Shown here one piece after another: positions 20,301 through 29,300 of a stretch of 32,293 nucleotides of DNA; the stretch's first letter is position 1, and every line of letters starts with the position of its first letter. The notes beneath the pieces are model-generated. The model was not told where the DNA came from and made no database searches. It saw nothing but the letters and a program-made list of their open reading frames with translations. Position numbers and translations under genes: made by a program. The stretch covers positions 1 through 32,293 of the forward strand of contig CAZBIG010000001.1 in NCBI GenBank assembly GCA_964491865.1. Direction: 5' to 3'. This DNA is from an uncultured Neomegalonema sp. Lineage in GTDB: Bacteria > Pseudomonadota > Alphaproteobacteria > Rhodobacterales > Rhodobacteraceae.

Positions 20301-23300
20301 ACAAACAGCGAGGCGCGCGGCGAGGCCCGGGCCGAGATCGCCTCCGGCTCTTCGGCCGGCGACGGCGTCGTGATCCGCGGCGCCGGCCTGTCGATCACCG
20401 CCGACCAGGCCGCGAGCGCCGACACCACCAACAAAAAGGCCGCGGGCGGGGTGGTCGGGACCGTCCATGTCGCGCCGGCCACGGCCGACGCCATCGTGGA
20501 CGCGACCGCTCTGATCGGAGACCATGCGCAAATCGCGGTGGACGGCGATCTGACGCTCGCCTCGGACGCCAAAGCCGAGGCCGACGCGCGGATCTTCGCC
20601 GCCGCCGCCTCGCTTGGCGCCAACATCACCGTCTCGGACGGCGAGGTCGAGGTTCGACCGACGGTCAAGACCCGGATCGGCGCCTACGCCGATCTGGCGG
20701 CGGACGCGGTGACGATCACGGCGACCGCCAACGACTTCGACAAAACGCCGTTCGACGACCGCATCTCGACCGTCGACATCGCGGCGAACCGTCTGACCGT
20801 GAACGGCGACGCGGCGGGCCACGGGCTGGTCGACGGGCAACTGGTGCTCTACGACGCGGGCGGCGCGGCGGGGCTCGCCTCGGGCGATCCGGCCGCGAAC
20901 GATCTGGACGATCCGGCCAACGCGCATCTGCATCTCGACGAGACCCGGGCCAACACCGCGCTCGAAAGCGGGCGCCTGTACCGCGCGCTGGTCGACAGCG
21001 CGACCACCTTCCAATTCGGCGAAGAGTTCGCCGGGGTCGACATCGACGACGCCACCGACACGATCACCTTCGTCGACGACGCCGGCGTCCCGCGCGCCCA
21101 CAGCTTCCGCGACGGCGACGTGGTGCGCTACTACGCGGTCGACGGCGTCGCGGCGCCCGGGCTCGAGGACAGCGCCGACGGCGAAAGCGCGGCGTATGAA
21201 GTGATCGTGGTGTCCGCCACGCAGATCCAGTTGCGCCCGGCGTTCGACGCGCCGTTCGCGGCGTCGCACGGGTTCGACCCCTCGAAGGTCTACGACGCGG
21301 AGACGGGAGAGTTGGTCGAGGCCGAGACCGAAGCCGAGAGGTCCGTGCGCGACAGCGTGATCACGCTTGACGGGCACGGCTTCCGCGACGGCCAGGCGGT
21401 GGTCTACACCGCGCCCGAAGCCTCGGCGTTCACCGGCGGCGGCGTCGACGCGGTCACCGACAGCGAGGGCGCGTTGGTCTACGACGCCGACGGCGCGCAA
21501 GTCTATGGGGACGACGACACCCTCTATCTTGGTCAGAACGACTACCAAGACGGCGAAGAAGTCGTCTATCTCGGCGTCTCGGGCGTCGAATTCCAGACCC
21601 GCGACGTCGACCTCGACGCCTCGTCGACCCGCATCACGGCGATCAACCACGGGTTCTCGACCGGTCAGACGGTCCAATACGTCGCCGCCGAGCACGACGC
21701 GGGCGACGAGGTCTCGGTCCGCACGACGACCGAGCGCTTCTACACTATCGGCGACGTCGAACACGTCCTCGACGGCGCGACGGTCTCGGAAGCCAAGTCG
21801 AAGGCGCTCGGGGGCCTGGCGCTCGACGGCGAGTACATGGTGATCGTCCATGACGCGAACACCATCTCGCTGCAGCAGGTCGCCACGGCCCCGGACGGAA
21901 CGCCGCTGGTCGACGTCAACGCCGCGCTCTCACTGTCCGCGCCGGCCTTCGACGGGGCGGTCACCCATTACCTGACCCCGACCACGATCGCGGTCGAGGC
22001 CGAAGACGGCGGGACGACCTTCCAGCCGACCGAGACGATCGACGGGCTGGACAGCGGCCGGCGCTACGTCGTCAAGCACTTCGACGCGACCGGAACGCGG
22101 GTCCAGCTGTTCGAGCGCACGATCGACACGCGCTTCGAGACCGATCCGGAGATCGTCGAGGACACCGGCGAGCGCCATGTCTACGACAGCGTCGGCGACG
22201 TGACGGTCGCGTTCGGCGAATCGGCCGGCGCGCTCGGCGCGAGCGCGCCCCACATCTTCGATCTGGCCGGCCACGGCTTCGCCGAGGGCGAGGTGGTGCG
22301 CTATTCGGCGGCGACCGCGGCGATCACCGGCCTGGTCGAGGGCGCCGACTATGTGGTCAGCCTCAGCCATCCGGACGGACGCGCGCTTGACGGGGCGAAC
22401 CAGTTCGTCCTGCTCGACGGGCCGGGGGGCGCGCTGGTCGAAGCGACGGCGCTGGCCGCAGGCGGCGGCGACGCGCACAGCTTCGAAAGCGTGCGCCAGC
22501 TCGAGGCGGTGATCTACGAAGCGCGCAGCGTGACCCGTGAGATCGCCGAGACGCCGTCGGTCGATTTCGCCGCGGGCCCGATCGCGCTGTCGGCGGCCGC
22601 GGAAGACCGCCAATCCGGCGCCGTCCATAGTCTGAAGCGGCCCGGCGCGCGGGCGATCGACGGGCTGATCAGCGGCGTGACCTACTACGCCGACGTGCTC
22701 GACGCCGATCGTCTGCGCTTGGCGACGACCGCCCAAGACGCCGCCGCCGACCGCTTCATCACGCTGGACGCGACCGGCGTCTCGGGCCTGCACGGCCTCG
22801 GCGCGATCCGGGTCGACCTCGCGCGCGACGACGCCGGCGCGACCCACCGTCTGGCGATCGACTTCAGCGAAACGCCGAGCGGGGCGGACGCGCACCGTCT
22901 GTTGTCTTCGAGCGGCCTGCCGCTCAACCTGCGCGCGACCGCCTCGGGCGACGGCCAAAGCTCGGTGTCCTTCACCACCGGAAGCGGCGCGCTGGTCGGC
23001 GACGTTTCAGTGAACCAAGGCGATCTGCGCCAGGTCGTGACGTCCGAGATCGACATCTTCGCCTCGGAAATCGCGGCGCGCGGCGACGTGACGGTCGGCT
23101 CGCGCGCGAAGACCGACGCCTTGGCCGACGGCGACGCGCTGTCGACGGCCTTGATCGCGACCGTCGGTTCGAACCATGTCGAGGCGGATGTCGACACCAT
23201 CAGCCGGGTCGTGATCGGCGGCGTCGACCCGACCCGGTCGGACGCCGGCGCGATCGGCACGCGCATCGCCTCGGCCGGCGACGTGACCATCACCACCGAC

Positions 23301-26300
23301 GCCGACACCGAAGCCTACGTCGCGACCGAGCGCGCGGCCGGCGGGCTGATCGGGGTCAACGTCGCGGGCGGCCGGCTGACGGTCGGCTACGCCAGCGACA
23401 TCGTTTTGGGCGCGGGCGAGATCGCGGCGCCGGGCGATTTGACGGTGGCCGCGCGCGCCTCGACCGAAGGCCGCGCCACCACGCGCTCCGACACCGGCGG
23501 CTTGGTTCCGGTCGCGACCGCCTATGCGACCGTGAAGATCGAGGGCGGCGGCGCGAACGGCGCGCGGCTCGACATCGCGCGCGACGGCGCCATGCGCCTG
23601 AGCGGCGGCAAGGTGGCGCTGGCGGCCGAAACCCGCGAGCTGACCGCGAAGGCCAAGGCGCGCGCGGGCTCTTACGGCGTTATCGGCGGCGTGCGGGCGG
23701 AAGCCGACGTCGAGGCCGATGTCGAAAACACGGTTCGGCTGCGCTCGGGCGCCGAGGTTCAGGCCGACTCGGGGCTCGACATCACGGCGGCGTCCGACAA
23801 GGTCGCGACCAAAGCCGACGCCAACGCGACCTTGACAACCTTCATCATCTCGGCGGACGCGTTGGCCGACAACAGCACGCGGGTCGACGCCTTGGTGCAA
23901 GCCGACGACGGCGCGGCGACCATCGTGGCCCCGGGGGCCGACGCGGACGCGCTGACGGTCCGCGCGGACCGGGGCGAGGTGAACGCCGACGCCGACGCCA
24001 ACCGGCGCGTGCCGACGATCAAGATCAAAATCAAGACGCCCTGGAAGACCTATAAGATCCGGATCGAACTGGCGGGCGGCAAGCGGGACAACGATACGAA
24101 GAAAAGCGGCGAAGAACAAATCGTCTGGAACGCCGACATCGCGGCGGCTCGGGGCGAAGCGCCGATCCTTTTGATCAACGAAAACCGCGAAATCGAACAG
24201 CTGAGCGGGTTTGTCGTCAATCAGGTGAGCGGGCGCGGCGCGACGCGGCTCGACGAGGGCGCGGCGTTCGAGGCGGGCGCGGACATTCAGGTCGAGCGCG
24301 TCTCGACCGGGTCGGAGAGCCGGGTGGTCTTCGAGGCCGAGACCATTTCGGGCTCGGGCGGCGAGGCGTCTTTGTCGCCGACGCTGGGGAGCGTCTACAT
24401 CGTCAATCGCTCGGACCTGGATCTGATCGTCGAAACGCTCGACCTGGCCGACGACGACCCCGAGCTGACGATCGAGGCCGTCGGCGACTCGTCGCTGTCG
24501 TTCGCCGCGACGACGCGCGAGGTGCTGTCGACCGATCTGCTTATCCAGAACACCCACGCCGGCGCGGATCTGACGCTGGCCGGGACCATCGACAACGGCG
24601 TCGGGGCGACGCGGCTGATCACGGCCGGCGGGGCGATCCTGTCGAGCGGCTCGGGCCAGCGGCTCGAGACCAACACCCTGACCGTCGAGACCGGCGGCGC
24701 GGCGGGCGACGTCGGCGACGCGAGCGCCCGGCTGTCGATCGATCTGGTCTCGTCGGCGGACCGCGAGGCGGCGATCGACATTCAGGCCTCGGGCGCGATC
24801 TTCCTCGATCTCGGCGTGATCGCGCGCAAAGCCGGCGCCGCCGGCCCGATCGCGTTCGACGCGACGCGGATTTGGGCGGCCGGCGACGCGGCCGACCTGC
24901 GCCTGCGCACCGCGATCCACCAGCAGCCGGGAACCGCGAGCGGCCGGATCACCGGCGTCAACGTCGCCGCCCCGGGCCAACTCCAGGCGCCGACGGCCGC
25001 GCGCGGCGGCGGCGGCGACACGGCGGTGGCGCTCGACCTGTCCTTCGGCGCGCAGAGCGGCCTCGGCCTGCGCTCGAGCGGGATCGTGTCGATCGAGCGC
25101 GCGGACGCGGCGCTCGGAACCGACCCCGCGATCGACATCGACGCCGTCGTCAGCGCGCCGGCCCAGAGCGGCGCGGTCTATGTCGTGACCGACGGCGACG
25201 TCGCGCTCAGCGCCTTCGCCAGCGCCTTGCCGGTCGGCCAGGTGGTGTCGACCTTCGGCGACGTGACCTTGACCGCGGACGCGATCACCGACGCCGAAAG
25301 CGACGGGGCGGCGATCGAGCCCGGCGCCTGGTTCGACGGCGCGTACGGGCCGGCCGACGTCGTCGGCGGGGCGATCTCCCTCTTCGCCGGCGCCGGCGGC
25401 GTCGGCGCGGCGGCCCAGCATCTGGAGATCGACGCGGGCTATTCGGGCGCGGGGGCCGCGAGCGCGACCGCCGCGGGCTCGGTCTATCTCGCCGACACCT
25501 CCGGCGACTTCCTGGTCGCCTCGATCCGCGCCGAGGGCGCGACCCCCGAGACGGCGCGCGTGGTTCTGAACGCGCTTGACGGGTCGCTGCTCGGGCTGGG
25601 CGGCGAGGGCCCCTCGGTGACCGCGCATGCGATCGACTTGCGGGCCGCCGGCGCGGTCGGCTCGGCGACCGAGGCTTTCCTGGTCGACGCCGGCGTGCTC
25701 GCGGGCGGGACGCCGTCGGACGGGCAGGTCGGCGCCGAGGGCGTCGACGGCGTCCACCTCGCCGACAGCGACGGCGCCTTGCGCGTGCTGCAGGCGGTGT
25801 CGAGCGGCGGCGACGTGCGGCTGGTCACCCGCGATCTGGCCGCCGCCGAAGGCCAGGACGAAGACGTCGTGCTCCTCGGGTCGGGCGACAGCCACGCCGT
25901 GGAAGGCGGCGCGACGCGGATCGACGGCGGCCGGATCGAAGCGGCCGGCGCGGTCGTGGTGCGGGCCGGGGACGACGTGGTCTCCGAGGCCGGGACGCTG
26001 ATCTCGGCCGGGCAGACCGTCGAGATCTACGGCGACGACGGGGACGCCGACGCCGGCTACGGCGCGCGCATCCTGTTGTCGGGGACCCTGCGCGCCGGGG
26101 CGGCCGCTTCGGGCGTGAAGTCCGTCGACCAGGCGGTTTCGGTGTTCGGCGGCGCCGACGCCGACCGGATCACCCTGTTCGAGACCACGCTCGAGGCTCA
26201 GACCAACGTCTACGGCTCGGCCAGCGCGATCGCCTCGACGACGGCCGACGGCCGCGACCGGTTAGAAGCCGTGCGGCTGCGCACGATCACGACCGAAAGC

Positions 26301-29300
26301 CGGTTGGCGGACGGCGCGACCCGCGTCGACCGGCTGCGTCTCGACGGCCAGTCGGGCGGCGACGACTACCGGGTCTACACCGCGGGCAGCCTCGCCGACG
26401 CGCCGCAAGACTACACGGTCGACGTGCTCGACAGCGGGCGCGCGGATGACGGGGCCGACACGTTGAGCGTGTTCGGCGCGAGCGACGCGGCCAGCGGCGC
26501 GGACCCCAACATCGCGACGACCCGCGGGGAAGCGGACGGGTCGGCCGGCGCGGGCGACGACGTCTTCCTGCTGCGGGCGGCGACCGCGCTGCCGGGCGAA
26601 GACCTCGACGGGGCGCGGATCGGCTATGTCGCGCTGCTGCACGGCTCGTTGACCGACACGCGGGCGGGGACCGACGCGTCCGGCCAAGCGATGGACGATC
26701 GCGGCCAGCCGATCCAGCGCCCGAGCGAGACGGCGCGGATCAACTACACCAGCGCGGTGAACGGCCGCCTGTCGGTTTTGGGTCTGGGCGGCGACGACTA
26801 TTTCGCCAGCGACGACACGGTCGCCGCCACGACGCTCGACGGCGGCGCCGGCGCGGACGTGTTCCAGATCGGACAGCTCTACGCCTCGGCGCGGGACGCG
26901 GTCGCGGGCCTCGCCCCGTGGGACGCGTTCGCGACCACCGAAGTGAACATCGGCGTGGGGGTCGACGACGTCCAAACGGCGTATCTGAGCGCGGGCGCCT
27001 CGGCCCCGCTGTTGGCCAGCGGCGGCGACGGGAACGACGTGTTCTCGGTCTACGCCAACCAGGGCGTCACGCGGCTCGAGGGCGATGCGGGCGACGACGC
27101 GTTCAGCATCCGCGCCTTCGCGCTGACCAGCTCGGGCGAGATCACCCAGGAGATGACCGAGGTCGACGGCGGCGAGGGCGACGACCAGATCAGCTATCAC
27201 CTGAACGCGCGGGTCTCGATCGAGGGCGGCGAGGGCTTCGACAGCCTGATCGTGATCGGCACCGAGGCCGACGACAATTTCGTGGTGACGGCGGACGGCG
27301 TCTACGGGGCGGGTCTGTCGGTCGAAATGTCGGGCACCGAAGAGATTCGCGAAATCGACGGTCTCGAGGGCGACGACACCTTCTTCGTTCTTGGCACGGC
27401 CTTCGGCTCGGCGACGCGGGTGATCGGCGGCCTCGGCTCCGACACCTTCAATGTGGGGTCGAACGTCACGGAAGAAATCATTTCGCAAAGCATGACCGGG
27501 GTCGGCCGCTCGATCGGGCACGCGACGCGATCGGACGACGCGGCCTGGTCGACCCTGCCGGTCGACGGGGTCGACGTGACCGTGGCCGCCGCCGGCCGGC
27601 AGGGCTTGGTGTCGATCGAAGCCAGCGACGGGGCCACCGTGGTCGACGAAGCGGCGGCCGACGGCGCGCAGTGGGACAGCGTGTCGGTCCGGCTGACCGC
27701 GCGCCCGACCGAAACGGTGTATGTGACGATCTCGGCGGGGCGTTCCTCGCAATCGGAAGCCGACCGCGGGGCGGAAAGCCTGCTTCTGTCGACAACCGAT
27801 CCGCGCAGTCTCGGCGACCCGGCGGCCGGCTTCTTCGACACGGTCCTGGTCGACGGCGTCGCCGAGACCCGGCCGAACCACGACGTCGTGCTGGTTTTCA
27901 CGCCCGAAGACTATGACGCCGCCCAGACGGTCTACGTGACCGCCGGGGACGACGCCGCCAGCGAGGGCGTCAAAGACGCGGCGCTGTTCGCGACGACGCA
28001 GAGCGCCGACGCCGCCTTCGACGGCGCGCCGGTCGATCTCGAGCTCGTGACGATCCTGGACGACGACCGCGCCGAGATCGTGATCGAAGAGTTGGACGCG
28101 TCGGGCGAGAGCGACGGGGAAACCCTGGTCCTCGAGGGCCGCAACGCGCTCGAGGCGGTGACCGACCAGTACCGCCTCAGGCTCGGGGCGCCGCTCGCGG
28201 CGGGCGAGATCGTGACCGTGACGATCGCCTACGACGATGCGCGCCTGTCGCTGTCGGACGCCGACGGGCGCTTGGTCGAGAACGGCGACGGCACCGCCAC
28301 GCTGCGCTTCGAGCAAGGCGTCGCGGGCCGCGACGCCCATGACGCGGCGCTGGTGACCGTGGCCGCGATCGACGACGACGCGGCGCAGGGCGCGTCGTCG
28401 TCGGGGCTGATCCACACCTTTACGACCTCGCGGACGAGCGGGGCGTACTTCCTCAACCAAATGGTCGTCGACCCGCAGACCGGCGCGGCGACGCCGACGC
28501 AGAAACGGCTGGGCGTCGCGCTCCACGACAACGACGCGCCCCAGGTGCTGGCGCGCGAGACCGACGGCGGCCTCGTCGTCGTCGCGGACGGCCTCGACGC
28601 CGCGGGCCGGGCCCTCGGCGACGGCCGGACCGACAGCTACACGCTGCGCTTGAGCGCGCCCCCCGCCGAAACGGTCCGCCTCACATTCTCGGCGGACGGC
28701 GCGACGTCGATCGACCTGGCCGCCAGCAACGCGGCGGCGCGCGCCGCCGGCTTCGCGGGCGACCGCTTCGGCTACGTCGCGATCGGCGCGGCGGGGGCCG
28801 GGCTCAGCGTCGGCGACTTCGCGCTGACCGACGACGGCGCGGCGGCCCCGGCGCTCACCCGGCTCGACGGCGGATCGTTCCTGACCGACGGCTTCGAGGT
28901 GGGGCGGCGCGTCGCGCTGACCGACGCCGACGGCGCGCGCCTCGGCGCGTTGAAGATCCAGTCGATCAGCGCGGACGGCGCGCGGATCGTCTTCACCGAC
29001 GAGATCGACCTTTCGAGGCGGACCGCCGGCGCGACCACGACGCTGATCGGGGCGACCCTGACGCGGCTCGCGGTCGAAACGGCCTTTACGCCGACCGCCG
29101 CCGAGGCGTCGGACAGCGACGCGGCGGACGCCTGGTGGCGCCCGGTCGAGGTCGTCGTCGCGGCGGATCCGTATTTCGAAGAGCCCGAAGAGCAGACCGC
29201 GACGCGGCGCTTCGCGCCGACCGCGCACTCGACCTCGGGCGTCCAGGGCCCGCTCGAGATCGTGGGCGGGTTCGAGACCCAGCGCACGCTGGTCAACGCG

